DNA of 64,000 nt from an uncultured Chloroflexia bacterium (GTDB lineage Bacteria; Chloroflexota; Dehalococcoidia; DSTF01; JALHUB01): the NCBI GenBank assembly GCA_963842845.1, contig CAWJHZ010000005.1, positions 1,308 to 65,307 on the forward strand, read 5' to 3'. The notes beneath the pieces are model-generated. The model was given only the letters and a program-made list of their open reading frames with translations, was not told where the DNA came from and made no database searches. Shown in pieces: positions 19,557 through 29,005 of this stretch; the stretch's first letter is position 1; each line of letters opens with the position of its first letter. The translations under genes were made by a program, and so were the position numbers.

Positions 19557-20249
19557 TCAATAATTATTGATACTTGTTGATGGGATAATAACCTTCATCG
19601 CTATTACATTCAGGCTTATGAGATACCCGTCAAGGTCATATTTCGGGATGGCAGCAGCACTATTATCCTCGAATCCTTTTGGGAGGAAATCTTGCCATCG
19701 GTATCGTTTTACATCTACGAACCCGTGTTTCTCAAGATACCGTCGAAGGACAGTGAAATCAAAGGCGCATCCGTGTTTATCATAGGGTGTTTTGTGTCCA
19801 CCGACGATAGCCCCCCATAATCGCTCTAAATCTATTCCCTCACTGTACATTTTGACGGTCTTCTCAAAATCGCTGACAGCGACCCGCAAGATGCCCCCTT
19901 GCTTGAGAACCCTGTAACATTCAGATAATGCCTTATCTAGTTCTTCGTTGCGGCTGAGATGGTCAAGAACATGAGATGCGTAGATTTCATCAACAGAACA
20001 ATCATCAAATTTCAAATCAAGGATATCTATCTTCTTGAAAGCGCATCCATTTTTCGCTATCTGCTCTGTTACTCTTATATTTTCCGGTGAAACAATATCG
20101 CAATTAATCCATGGTTCAGGAAGTAATTTTTTTCCGCATCCGATGTTCAAACGAACCTCTTTTTTGTTGCTTGGGCAATCTGGATTCTCACAATAAGTTG
20201 TGTTTGTCATCTCTTGTCTGCAATACGCGCAATAAATACCTGAGAACAT
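19557..20249 (-). CDS. class I SAM-dependent methyltransferase with an N-terminal Cys4 knuckle
   Basis: LNIGCGKKLLPEPWINCDIV (motif I) ... VLKQGGILRVAVSD. Confidence 0.7.
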   Translation of the reverse strand: MFSGIYCAYCRQEMTNTTYCENPDCPSNKKEVRLNIGCGKKLLPEPWINCDIVSPENIRVTEQIAKNGCAFKKIDILDLKFDDCSVDEIYASHVLDHLSRNEELDKALSECYRVLKQGGILRVAVSDFEKTVKMYSEGIDLERLWGAIVGGHKTPYDKHGCAFDFTVLRRYLEKHGFVDVKRYRWQDFLPKGFEDNSAAAIPKYDLDGYLISLNVIAMKVIIPSTSINNY

Positions 20250-20467
20250 TATACTGCCTCCTCACCTAAAACTTCATCTATAAACTGAACAACTTCCCCA
20301 TATCCTGGGCCGTATCCAGCATATTCTTTTTTATATTCTTGCAATAATGTTTTTACATCTTTAATTGCTTGTGTATAATAAAACTCAAACATCATCCATT
20401 CATGTGCTGAATGCATTGTATCTGATTGGACTTTTGGTGGTTTTAAATCTTTTAAAGTTTTTTCCAT
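20249..20467 (-). CDS. hypothetical protein, 72 aa
   Basis: ORF; ATGA coupling. Confidence 0.4.
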   Translation of the reverse strand: MEKTLKDLKPPKVQSDTMHSAHEWMMFEFYYTQAIKDVKTLLQEYKKEYAGYGPGYGEVVQFIDEVLGEEAV

Positions 20468-21597
20468 TATAACGCCTCTTTTATTTTATCACAAATATAT
20501 CTCACATCGCTTTTTTCGAGTCTCGTGTGCATCGGGAGCATAATCCCATGTTCATAGAGGTAGTTTGCGTTAGGGAACTCGTCTTTCTCGTACATCAGAT
20601 GTTTCCAGCAGGGTTGCCGATGCAACGGATAGATTGCTTCATGGGTCTGAACACCGTTTTCCTCAAGATGTTTCATAACCTTCTTCTTATCATCAACCAG
20701 AATAGGACATCGTAAGGCAACATGATTGCTTCTAAGGTTTATATGCATCATTTTCACTTGAGAAGGCATAAAATCCTCGTACCATTTATAGATGGTTTTT
20801 CTTTTCTGTATCAGAGCAGACATTCTTTCGAGTTGAGCGTAACCGACCGCGCATTGCATGTCCGTTATCCTGAAGTTCATACCTATTTTTTCATGCTCAT
20901 AAGAACCACTTTGTATCCTCCCTTGGTTACGAAGATATTTGAGATTGAGATATGTTTTTTCATCATTGGTAACGACGACACCACCCTCCCCCATGATAAT
21001 GTGTTTATCAGAGAAAAAAGCAAAGATACCGGCATTACCGATTATTCCTACATGCTGGTCGTTAGTTACTACCTGTTTCTCAGAGGTTCGTTTGTTGAAC
21101 ATTAAATATTTTACGCCAAGACCTTGTGCTGCATCCTCCATGACAAGGAGTTTATTTTCCTTCGCTAAATTCATCAAAGGTTCCATATCAACAGACTGCC
21201 CGTAGAGATGAACTGGGATTATCGCCTTGATGTCAAACTCTTTTAGGATTTTCTTCATTTCTTTGACATCTATCTGCATTGTTTCCTTGTCCACATCGCA
21301 GAACACTGGTTTTGCTCCAAGAAACGGGAGGACGCTTGCTGTCGCATTGAATGTGATGTCAGGAACAATCACGTAATCCCCTTTTTTTATTCCAAGAGAA
21401 TATAAAGCCATGTAGATAGCAAGAGTGCCGTTTGGCGCGAGAACCGCATATTTCGCCTCAGTGATTTCCTTTATTTTCTCAAGGAACAACTCAGCGTATT
21501 TTCCCTCAGTAATCCACCTTCTTTTGAGGCAGTCTTTCACGTATTTTCGTTCTCGTCTGCCGATATCAGGCTCAACCTGTCTTATTTTGTAGCTCAT
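20467..21597 (-). CDS. DegT/DnrJ/EryC1/StrS-family PLP-dependent sugar aminotransferase
   Basis: LAPNGTLAIYMAL...DYVIVPDITFNATASV...AIIPVHLYGQ; typical length of 376 aa. Confidence 0.85.
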   Translation of the reverse strand: MSYKIRQVEPDIGRRERKYVKDCLKRRWITEGKYAELFLEKIKEITEAKYAVLAPNGTLAIYMALYSLGIKKGDYVIVPDITFNATASVLPFLGAKPVFCDVDKETMQIDVKEMKKILKEFDIKAIIPVHLYGQSVDMEPLMNLAKENKLLVMEDAAQGLGVKYLMFNKRTSEKQVVTNDQHVGIIGNAGIFAFFSDKHIIMGEGGVVVTNDEKTYLNLKYLRNQGRIQSGSYEHEKIGMNFRITDMQCAVGYAQLERMSALIQKRKTIYKWYEDFMPSQVKMMHINLRSNHVALRCPILVDDKKKVMKHLEENGVQTHEAIYPLHRQPCWKHLMYEKDEFPNANYLYEHGIMLPMHTRLEKSDVRYICDKIKEAL

Positions 21598-21695
21598 TTT
21601 CCCTCTCTTTCATTATCTTTCTCCTGTACCTTGTATTTCTCGTTCCATATCTATTGAATATTTTCTCCCAGAATGGCAGTTTCTTATTTTCAGGC

Positions 21696-22061
21696 TCAAC
21701 CTGTCTTATTTTGTACTTCATTTTTTTCCTCAATCTCCTTTATTCTAACTTTTAAAAACTCTTCAATATCTTGAAATCCTCTGCCCCAATCATTTATACA
21801 TCCATCAATACATAAAAAACTTTCATCAGAATCATATTCCGCTATTTCAAAAGAATTATTTGCGGGAATTGTATTTATTACAATCCCAGGTAATTCTTTT
21901 TCACCGAAGCGATATAAAGTTCCCCCTACACAGCTATTATATATTGGGTCTGCTTCATAAAATTTATTTCCATCAATATCAATATGTTCTACAATAGCCC
22001 ATGCGATTATTGGATTTAAATAAAAATACTTACTTTTTCTGATATCATCTATTGTTTTCAT
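21696..22061 (-). CDS. hypothetical protein, 121 aa
   Basis: ORF only. Confidence 0.45.
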   Translation of the reverse strand: MKTIDDIRKSKYFYLNPIIAWAIVEHIDIDGNKFYEADPIYNSCVGGTLYRFGEKELPGIVINTIPANNSFEIAEYDSDESFLCIDGCINDWGRGFQDIEEFLKVRIKEIEEKNEVQNKTG

Positions 22062-22065
22062 TTTT

Positions 22066-22410
22066 TCATCTCTTATCTGGCATATTCATCCACTTTACAT
22101 AGTTACGGGTTGTCTCATCCACGGTGTTCTTTTCTTCTTTTGTTACACCCCATTCCATCATAATGCAATCGGTCTCCGCTACCATCATGTGAATCGTGTT
22201 ATGAGGGATGAAAACAGACATCCCTTTTTTCAGGGTCATCCATTTATCATCAAGGAGAATGTTCACTGTCCCCTCAATCACCACTACATATTCATCGTTC
22301 AATAGATGGTATCCGCCGCCACGAGCGCAACCTGCTTTCGTAGTGTAAATCATCAGGTCTTTTTCAGGTACTGAGGGGGATAACATGCATCTCCCCTCGC
22401 TTGTCTTCAT
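22066..22410 (-). CDS. cupin-fold sugar 3,4-ketoisomerase (FdtA/WxcM-like)
   Basis: Cupin motifs RGGGYHLLNDEYVVVIEG ... VFIPHNTIHMMVAE. Its position between the aminotransferase and the formyltransferase supports this call. Confidence 0.6.
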   Translation of the reverse strand: MKTSEGRCMLSPSVPEKDLMIYTTKAGCARGGGYHLLNDEYVVVIEGTVNILLDDKWMTLKKGMSVFIPHNTIHMMVAETDCIMMEWGVTKEEKNTVDETTRNYVKWMNMPDKR

Positions 22411-22433
22411 TGATTTTCTTCATTTCTAACATT

Positions 22434-22772
22434 TTATTTTCCTCCTTTTTTACTTAAACCATATTTGTTCTTGAGATATTCGTTTCTTGCACGAAGAAGC
22501 ATCTCCTCCCCTTGATAATTATTCATATGTTTTGTGTTACTTCTAACTGGTTCTGGTGTGTCTGAGTTTAAATCAACCATTAACATAGGATATGTTCTGC
22601 TTTCAGTTTTATTATAATGTATAATGCAATATTTAATCGAGGTAACATCTCCACCAAGGAGAACTGACGGGTTTTTTTCTATGAATTTCGCTACATCTTC
22701 ATCGTAGAAGCCATGCTCAAGCAGAAAAACCTCTTTCTGCAAATCTCGGTACGACATTTTCTTGTAGTTCAT
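22434..22772 (-). CDS. hypothetical protein, 112 aa
   Basis: ORF only. Confidence 0.4.
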   Translation of the reverse strand: MNYKKMSYRDLQKEVFLLEHGFYDEDVAKFIEKNPSVLLGGDVTSIKYCIIHYNKTESRTYPMLMVDLNSDTPEPVRSNTKHMNNYQGEEMLLRARNEYLKNKYGLSKKGGK

Positions 22773-23035
22773 TTCATTCCTCCGTTGTAGATAGGGCAGT
22801 TCTTCTCACCGACACACTGACCCTTAAATATCTCTTCGTAAGTAATTTGTCTACATGTTTCTAATCCCTCCCTTAGATATTTAAATGGGCATGGGTGGTC
22901 TTTTATCCATTGCTCCTTTGATTTCTTGAGTTCCTCTACGAAACAGCTACCACAAACTTCCCCTTTGAATTGGATGTAATGCTCCTCTCCATCAGGTATT
23001 TTTTTCCCACAAATTTTACATATTTTTATCTTCAT
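22769..23035 (-). CDS. Cys-rich zinc-ribbon protein
   Basis: MKIKICKICGKKIPDGEEHYIQFKGEVCGSCF...CP. Immediately preceded by the shared 40-bp leader. Confidence 0.5.
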   Translation of the reverse strand: MKIKICKICGKKIPDGEEHYIQFKGEVCGSCFVEELKKSKEQWIKDHPCPFKYLREGLETCRQITYEEIFKGQCVGEKNCPIYNGGMK

Positions 23036-23085
23036 TGAGTAATCTTTTCTTCCTGTTCCTCGTGCCTCAAGCATTTTTTCATTTT

Positions 23086-23586
23086 TTACATTCTCGAACA
23101 TAGTTTATCTAACTCCTCTTTTGTTTTTGGTGCAAACGCTAATGCTCTGATTGTTTGTTTAAACAACTGAAAAAGATAATAATGCCCGATATCGCCTAAC
23201 TCTTGAGCCTCAACAGGAACCGACATCAAAGGAATATTCAACACACGTAAAACAGTTCCGCTATCAATACCCTTATCAACTACAAACAATGATACCCCCC
23301 ATTCCTTTAATTTCCCTCTTTTTAAATCATGTAACCCTCGTGCGTAATTCCCCCAATCACCATATGTTGGCAGTGGACCAGGATGAAAACAATACCAGGG
23401 TTTATCTTCAAGGGTTTCTTCATCAATTAACCAAGAATATGAATAGCATACTCCGATATCAAACGAGAACTCCTTCGGACCATATTGGCTTGTGCCAACA
23501 ACATACTTTATTTCTGGAGTATATTGATTAAGGAAATTAATTAATTTCACTGCATGTTGCTTGCTTGTCATGATGCCGTATATCAT
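23086..23586 (-). CDS. formyltransferase-family protein, Fmt N-terminal-domain-like; putative sugar N-formyltransferase
   Basis: FHPGPLPTYGDWGN (compare HPSLLPKYRG) and GVSLFVVDKGIDSGTVL (compare tih.vd...DtGpIl). Confidence 0.55.
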   Translation of the reverse strand: MIYGIMTSKQHAVKLINFLNQYTPEIKYVVGTSQYGPKEFSFDIGVCYSYSWLIDEETLEDKPWYCFHPGPLPTYGDWGNYARGLHDLKRGKLKEWGVSLFVVDKGIDSGTVLRVLNIPLMSVPVEAQELGDIGHYYLFQLFKQTIRALAFAPKTKEELDKLCSRM

Positions 23587-24503
23587 TTTTTCCTCAGTAT
23601 GAATGATTGAATCGACGAGTAGTTCCCTATCGGTGGTAAAAAGGAGAAGAATTTGACGAACTCAGTGTTTTTCTTTTGTTCTCCTTTTGTTACTAACGCA
23701 TGAAGCACCCGAGAAACAAAATAATGACTACTCAGGAAATTATTTGGTTCACAGCTTGTGAATTTAGTTCCCATCCATTGAAAAAACAGTTCTTTATCAA
23801 GGTATTTATTGAATGGTGCTTCATGTAATTCTGGTAAACCACATTCCACCCGTGCTTTATTATTGTTGATTAACCCATCGGTGAATGCCTCTATCATCAG
23901 GTAGTATCCGCCTGGTTTTAGAACCCTGTGTATCTCATCTAACGCTTTTTTTTGTTCCCCCCATGAGAGGATATTCTGGATGCAACGCTGAGTATAGACA
24001 ATATCATAGAAATGACTATGGCCCTCTGAAGAAGTAGCATTTTTTTCTATGAATACACAGTTTTTAAGGTTTCTTTCTTTTGCACGGTCAATCAATTCTC
24101 TTGTGATGTCAAAACCGAAGAAATCACAATCATATTCCTTGTATTTTTCTGAGAGTTTTTCGAGTGTGTATCCATCTCCGCATCCGACATCTACCACTCG
24201 TTCTGTCCATGGCTTCATGTGTCTATCGAAAAAGTTGAGTATCACATCAGTTTCTTTCTGCCTAGCTATCTCATCATCTAAAACACAGATGTTTCCATAT
24301 TTTTCTACTGCTTCTTTATAACGATTCATTTGGTTTTCCCCTTTTTTCTCCATAGATAAAATAAAATTTACAGTATTATATTCATGTTTTTTCAACCAAG
24401 ATAAAGGAACCCAATCTTCTAATGCTTCTGGGATATCTTTTAATGCTTTATTTTGTGATAATGCGCGATAGATTTCCTTTCCTGTTTTAATATGCTCATC
24501 CAT
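23583..24503 (-). CDS. class I SAM-dependent methyltransferase
   Basis: VVDVGCGDGYTLEKL ... VLKPGGYYLMIE. Confidence 0.75.
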   Translation of the reverse strand: MDEHIKTGKEIYRALSQNKALKDIPEALEDWVPLSWLKKHEYNTVNFILSMEKKGENQMNRYKEAVEKYGNICVLDDEIARQKETDVILNFFDRHMKPWTERVVDVGCGDGYTLEKLSEKYKEYDCDFFGFDITRELIDRAKERNLKNCVFIEKNATSSEGHSHFYDIVYTQRCIQNILSWGEQKKALDEIHRVLKPGGYYLMIEAFTDGLINNNKARVECGLPELHEAPFNKYLDKELFFQWMGTKFTSCEPNNFLSSHYFVSRVLHALVTKGEQKKNTEFVKFFSFLPPIGNYSSIQSFILRKK

Positions 24504-24621
24504 TTTCTTTCACCTCATAAAAAAAATAGAATAAAAAAAATAAGAGTATAGAAATAATAGCGATGATTACCATTATATCAAGTTCATGTTCTTGCCAGAA
24601 ATTCTTAATGCTCATTTTCTT

Positions 24622-24948
24622 TCACCATGTTGTTTGTGGGTAATTTCCTTCAATATTTATACCATCATAATATCGTGGTATATACCAATCAACAATAGTT
24701 GCTTTAATCAGCGTATCAATAGTCGGTGGTGTTTCTTTACCACATTTTTTGCATTCGTGAAAAAAACAAGGCAATAAACCTTCAAGACCTATGGAGTCCA
24801 TGTAGTCTTTTGTTTCATAAAACCAACCTTTTTTAATGTCGCTTATGTTTTCTTCAACCGTGAAATCAGGGTTATAAATAAAAAAATTATGAGTAACCCA
24901 CTCATGGCGGCAAAATACTTTTTTTATTCTGGCTAATAGTTCACTCAT
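24622..24948 (-). CDS. hypothetical protein, 108 aa
   Basis: ORF only. Confidence 0.4.
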   Translation of the reverse strand: MSELLARIKKVFCRHEWVTHNFFIYNPDFTVEENISDIKKGWFYETKDYMDSIGLEGLLPCFFHECKKCGKETPPTIDTLIKATIVDWYIPRYYDGINIEGNYPQTTW

Positions 24949-24958
24949 TTTTTTCTCC

Positions 24959-25777
24959 CTATAATATATATTTATATTTTTCTGTCATCATAAATTCATC
25001 ATGGATTCTAGCTAAATTAAAATCATTTACCCTCCAGATGTTGTCCTTAGACCATTGTTTTTTATCATATATCTGTTTGCATTCCTCTCCATACTCAGGT
25101 GGAGACATGGAGACATGAGGATACCGGTATATCATGAGCTTCTGGTCAACAACCACCGGGGTTTTTGCTACATACAGACGGTCAAGAAGCTCGTTATCCC
25201 ACCATTTACAGCCAACATCATACTCCTCGTTAATACCATTAAATCCATACCAAAAAAACCGTGACATGATGATAAACCCACTGGTTATAATAGGGAGGAT
25301 ACTTCGCAATCCTTCTCTCCCCAATGGATTACATGGTAAAATAAAATACCGCTGAGGAAATTTAATGTAACTCACCCATCGTACATCCCCGTTATTCGCC
25401 TCAAGCTCAACAGGTCGTATAGCAACGGAAATACCGAAGTTATCTATTGTTTCCATGAGATTATAAAAGAAATTTGCGGCAAACTCGTTTTTACCGCCAG
25501 TTATCATACAAAATGGTTCCTCTGCATACGCAAGCCCTGTGTTATACCCAGAGAGTAAATCATACCGCATGGTGTTAAAACGAATCTTGGGTGGGGCGTA
25601 CACGACTTTTTTTAATAATGGCACAAGGTCTCGAAACTGCTCTCCTTTCTGTTGTTCCCAGAGTGAATCAATGATAATGAGTTCGATTTCTTTAAGAATC
25701 TGCTTGTTCTGTGATTCAAGTTTCAATAGACGAAGTGAATCTAAATCACCTTTATTTGAAAAAATCAAAGAAAGCAT
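24959..25777 (-). CDS. GT-A fold glycosyltransferase, beta-1,4-galactosyltransferase-like C-terminal domain
   Basis: LPCNPLGREG...FFWYGFNGINEEYDVGCKWWDNELLDRL resembles the b4GalT motif FGGVSAL...INGF.N.YWGWGGEDDD..NRL. Confidence 0.55.
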   Translation of the reverse strand: MLSLIFSNKGDLDSLRLLKLESQNKQILKEIELIIIDSLWEQQKGEQFRDLVPLLKKVVYAPPKIRFNTMRYDLLSGYNTGLAYAEEPFCMITGGKNEFAANFFYNLMETIDNFGISVAIRPVELEANNGDVRWVSYIKFPQRYFILPCNPLGREGLRSILPIITSGFIIMSRFFWYGFNGINEEYDVGCKWWDNELLDRLYVAKTPVVVDQKLMIYRYPHVSMSPPEYGEECKQIYDKKQWSKDNIWRVNDFNLARIHDEFMMTEKYKYIL

Positions 25778-25783
25778 AAAAAA

Positions 25784-26698
25784 TCACTTGAACCCCCTAA
25801 TTTTCTCTATTATCATCTGTTCATTTATTAATTCTGATTCCCAGATAATTAGAGTTGAAAAACCAAATTTAGCAAACGCTTCTTTTCTACCTTCTTCTGT
25901 TTGATAATATTTCATGTTTTTTCTATTATGCCAATAATCCCCAAAAATTTCAATTATCTGCTTTTTTCCATTGCAGTTAATGAAATCAGGGCACAATCCG
26001 TTTATGATTACTTGCCCATCACCAACATAATCCCATTCATCAGGAAAATAATTCTGCAACAAACAATCAAGATAGAGTTCCAATCCATTTGGTTTTATAG
26101 TAAATCTTCTAAAGAAATTTTTCACATAGTTATCATCTTTGAAATGATTTTTATGTGCTACGCTAATTTTTTCTTTTGTTCTTTCTGATTTCGGTTTGTT
26201 AATATGCGTAAAACTTATTTTTTTCCTTATTTTTTCTGCTTTCTCATTACCAAAAAATTCATCTATAGTTTTTCCTTTAATTGGAGGGATTCTACCTAAA
26301 CTTGCTTTTCTAAGTTTTTCCATTGATTCTTCTGAAAAAATACCATTTTTCCCCTTGTTCCAAGGGATTTTCCCTTTCATTTTTTGTTTCCATTCTTCAG
26401 TATGATGTGTCCCAAATAAGGGGTTATTTATACCTTTTTTACCCCACATTGGATTACTTTTTCCAGAATTAATTCCTTTTTTTGCTTTACAAACTCCACA
26501 CATGCAATCTGATTTATGATTCAATGGTTTTCCGATATGAGCTAATTTTATTTTTTTCTTTGTTTCTTCGTTTAAATGTTTTCCTTTAATCCAGGGAATA
26601 TGTCCTTTTTTAAATAAAGTTGGTTCTAATTTTTTTAATGTTTTTTCAGAATGAGAAATTCCTTTGTTCCAAGGTATGTTACCTTTTTTAAACACCAT
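25784..26698 (-). CDS. homing-endonuclease-like protein: NUMOD3-like repeats plus a C-terminal Vsr/PD-(D/E)XK-like nuclease domain
   Basis: GNIPWNKG, GHIPWIKG, GKIPWNKG repeats. C-terminal GLCPDFINCNGKKQIIEIFGDYWHN...TLIIWESE. Paralogue of the C-terminus of ORF 35533-36426. Confidence 0.7.
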   Translation of the reverse strand: MVFKKGNIPWNKGISHSEKTLKKLEPTLFKKGHIPWIKGKHLNEETKKKIKLAHIGKPLNHKSDCMCGVCKAKKGINSGKSNPMWGKKGINNPLFGTHHTEEWKQKMKGKIPWNKGKNGIFSEESMEKLRKASLGRIPPIKGKTIDEFFGNEKAEKIRKKISFTHINKPKSERTKEKISVAHKNHFKDDNYVKNFFRRFTIKPNGLELYLDCLLQNYFPDEWDYVGDGQVIINGLCPDFINCNGKKQIIEIFGDYWHNRKNMKYYQTEEGRKEAFAKFGFSTLIIWESELINEQMIIEKIRGFK

Positions 26699-26810
26699 CT
26701 TTATCCAATATCTCCTCTTTGAGAAAAATAGCCCATGACCGTTTCGTTCCTTTTAATTTTAGAAGCTTATAATATTCATCTTCTTCAACATCTATCTGCA
26801 ATTTAACCAT
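26688..26810 (-). CDS. small RHH-like protein (40 aa) overlapping the endonuclease start; not in the ORF track
   Basis: MVKLQIDVEEDEYYKLLKLKGTKRSWAIFLKEEIL, consistent with a beta-strand followed by two helices. Its stop lies 8 nt inside the endonuclease ORF. Confidence 0.3.
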   Translation of the reverse strand: MVKLQIDVEEDEYYKLLKLKGTKRSWAIFLKEEILDKDGV

Positions 26811-26846
26811 ATAAGCAATATATATGATATATATTTAAAAATGTTT

Positions 26847-28142
26847 CTATTTCGCAGTTCGTCTCCCAAGAGATATAAGTTTTATATCAGCAGGGATATC
26901 AGTAATTATCCCCCAGGGGTCAACAATCTTACTCCCTGGGCAATAGTCAAATGTACGGAATTGTGGCCAGTTAGTAGAGATAAAAAATATTGACGGTCTC
27001 CTATCAGGGGTAACTGGGTCTGTTTCGGGGTCATAAAAAACTGCTTCAATATTCCTTTCCTTCAAGATATTAAATAGGAGTAAACCAGGACTTCCATATA
27101 TTAAATTGGTCCCGACTTTATACGTCTTTCCCATAATAATAACCTGTTGGTCAGGTGATTCCATTGCTTTCTGAATCTCATCAGCGAACCATTCTGCGTG
27201 TTTCTCACGAATTGTCATTGCAAAATCGAAAATGTTGTATCCTAGTCCTAGTTCATCAGATATATATGACATCGCAAGATTATCGCGACAATGGCAGCCG
27301 CCGCCATCTAGTCCGCCACCACGAAGATATTTTCCACTAGTAATTCTATCCCATGCTTTCGCAAATGCATCAGAAACTATATCGCAATTCGCCCCAAGCC
27401 TATCACAGAGATGCATAACTGTATTGGAAAAATTTATTTTCTGTGTGATATATAAATTATACCACACTTTTGTTCCTTCTGCTTCAGCCCATGTCATTCG
27501 TAATATAGGCGCATTATGAATTGTTTTATAGAATTTTTCAATGATATCTCCTGCAATACTTTTTCGTTGATGTTCACCGATAAGAGTGAACTCAGGGTTT
27601 GTGAAATCAGCGATAGTCTGCCCCATCGCGATGAAAGATGGAGAATAAATAATTGACCAGCCGTGCCCAATTTTTTTCTTGCAGTGTTTTTGCATTTCTG
27701 GGTAAACCTGTGATATTGTTGTTCCCGGGAGGACGGTGCTGATTATAGCGACTACTTTATATTCCTCGCATTTGTCGATTATTTTTGCGATATCATTGCA
27801 TACTTTTATAAGGTAGGTGTAGTCGAAATCTTTCCGCACATGGTTAAAACGCACCGAACCGTCTAGCTCAATCGGATGTGGTGTCTGCACGGCTACGAAT
27901 ATAATTTCTCCTTCGCGTACAGCATCTTCGAGTTCATTTGTTAGTAATAATCTCTGGTTCTTTATTTGTTCTTGTAGTTTTTTGTCTATATCTGGCTCAT
28001 AGAGGCCCGTTTTACCACTTCGGTATTTATTGATAAGCTCTTTGTTGATATCGTATCCAACTACGGTGTGTCCTTTTTCTGCGATTGCGACAGCAACCGG
28101 TAATCCCAGCTTTCCTATCCCGATAAAAGCCACATTTGTCAT
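26847..28142 (-). CDS. UDP-glucose/GDP-mannose 6-dehydrogenase family nucleotide-sugar dehydrogenase
   Basis: N-terminal Rossmann fold VAFIGIGKLGLPVAVAIAEKGHTVVGYD; 431 aa; catalytic-region motifs GGGC. Confidence 0.85.
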   Translation of the reverse strand: MTNVAFIGIGKLGLPVAVAIAEKGHTVVGYDINKELINKYRSGKTGLYEPDIDKKLQEQIKNQRLLLTNELEDAVREGEIIFVAVQTPHPIELDGSVRFNHVRKDFDYTYLIKVCNDIAKIIDKCEEYKVVAIISTVLPGTTISQVYPEMQKHCKKKIGHGWSIIYSPSFIAMGQTIADFTNPEFTLIGEHQRKSIAGDIIEKFYKTIHNAPILRMTWAEAEGTKVWYNLYITQKINFSNTVMHLCDRLGANCDIVSDAFAKAWDRITSGKYLRGGGLDGGGCHCRDNLAMSYISDELGLGYNIFDFAMTIREKHAEWFADEIQKAMESPDQQVIIMGKTYKVGTNLIYGSPGLLLFNILKERNIEAVFYDPETDPVTPDRRPSIFFISTNWPQFRTFDYCPGSKIVDPWGIITDIPADIKLISLGRRTAK

Positions 28143-28300
28143 AAATTCATATAATATTATTCTTATTTATATCTCTTTTGTATGTCTTTACGAAACCTTT
28201 ATTAATGAAATGCGAAATTCTGTTGTCATGGACATAAACGAAGATATTAAACGCTATTGGGAAAACAGAACACCGTAACTCATGGGGTGGCTATGAAGAA

Positions 28301-28906
28301 ATGCGAAAATTACGCTACGGGCTTCAGGACTATATGGCTAAAACCTTTGAGTTTGATAAATGGAGAGACAAGAAAGTATTGGAGATAGGTGCTGGTGTCG
28401 GCATTGATGCGATAGAGTATGCTAAATATGGCGCAAAGGTGTATGCGACAGATATGACCGATACAGCAGTTGCGTTTATCGCAGATAATTTTATGGATGC
28501 GGGGGTCGAAGCAAAGGAGATACGGAAAGCTGATGCGAACCAGTTACCATATGAAGATAATTTCTTTGACCTTGTGTATTGTTTTGGTGTCATTCATCAT
28601 AACCCTGAGCCAAAGGAAATCATCAGAGAAATACATCGTGTTCTTAAACCAAATGGGAAAGTATATATGATGCTTTATCATAAAGACAGTTTGTTGTATT
28701 ATTTCAGCATCATTTATCTCCGTGGTATCGTAAAAGGGGGTTTTTCTGAGGGGTTAACAGAGGAACAATTACTCTCAAGATATAGTGAGGGGAAAGAAGG
28801 GATGCCCTTATACAAAAGCATATACGGTAGAGGATGCAGAAAACCTTTTAAAATACTCAACAACATGGAATGTATCAGCATTTTCAGATATAAATATCTC
28901 CATTGA
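28301..28906 (+). CDS. class I SAM-dependent methyltransferase
   Basis: VLEIGAGVGIDAIEYAKYGAKVYATDMTD ... VLKPNGKVYMM. Confidence 0.7.
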   Translation: MRKLRYGLQDYMAKTFEFDKWRDKKVLEIGAGVGIDAIEYAKYGAKVYATDMTDTAVAFIADNFMDAGVEAKEIRKADANQLPYEDNFFDLVYCFGVIHHNPEPKEIIREIHRVLKPNGKVYMMLYHKDSLLYYFSIIYLRGIVKGGFSEGLTEEQLLSRYSEGKEGMPLYKSIYGRGCRKPFKILNNMECISIFRYKYLH

Positions 28907-29005
28907 ATACCCTGTTATAGATACGCTTACCGAGCGGAAAAAAAAGATGCCAGGATTACCTAAACATCTTGGATGGCATCTGATTGTGAAAGCGGAGAAA
29001 AAACC

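Noticed and set aside
24049-26405. Short plus-strand ORFs inside minus-strand genes (24049-24321, 25055-25264, 25134-25355, 25539-25904, 25901-26188, 26196-26405) and similar antisense ORFs throughout
   Set aside because: They are antisense to well-supported enzyme genes. They are Phe/Ile/Ser-rich and uncoupled from RBSs.
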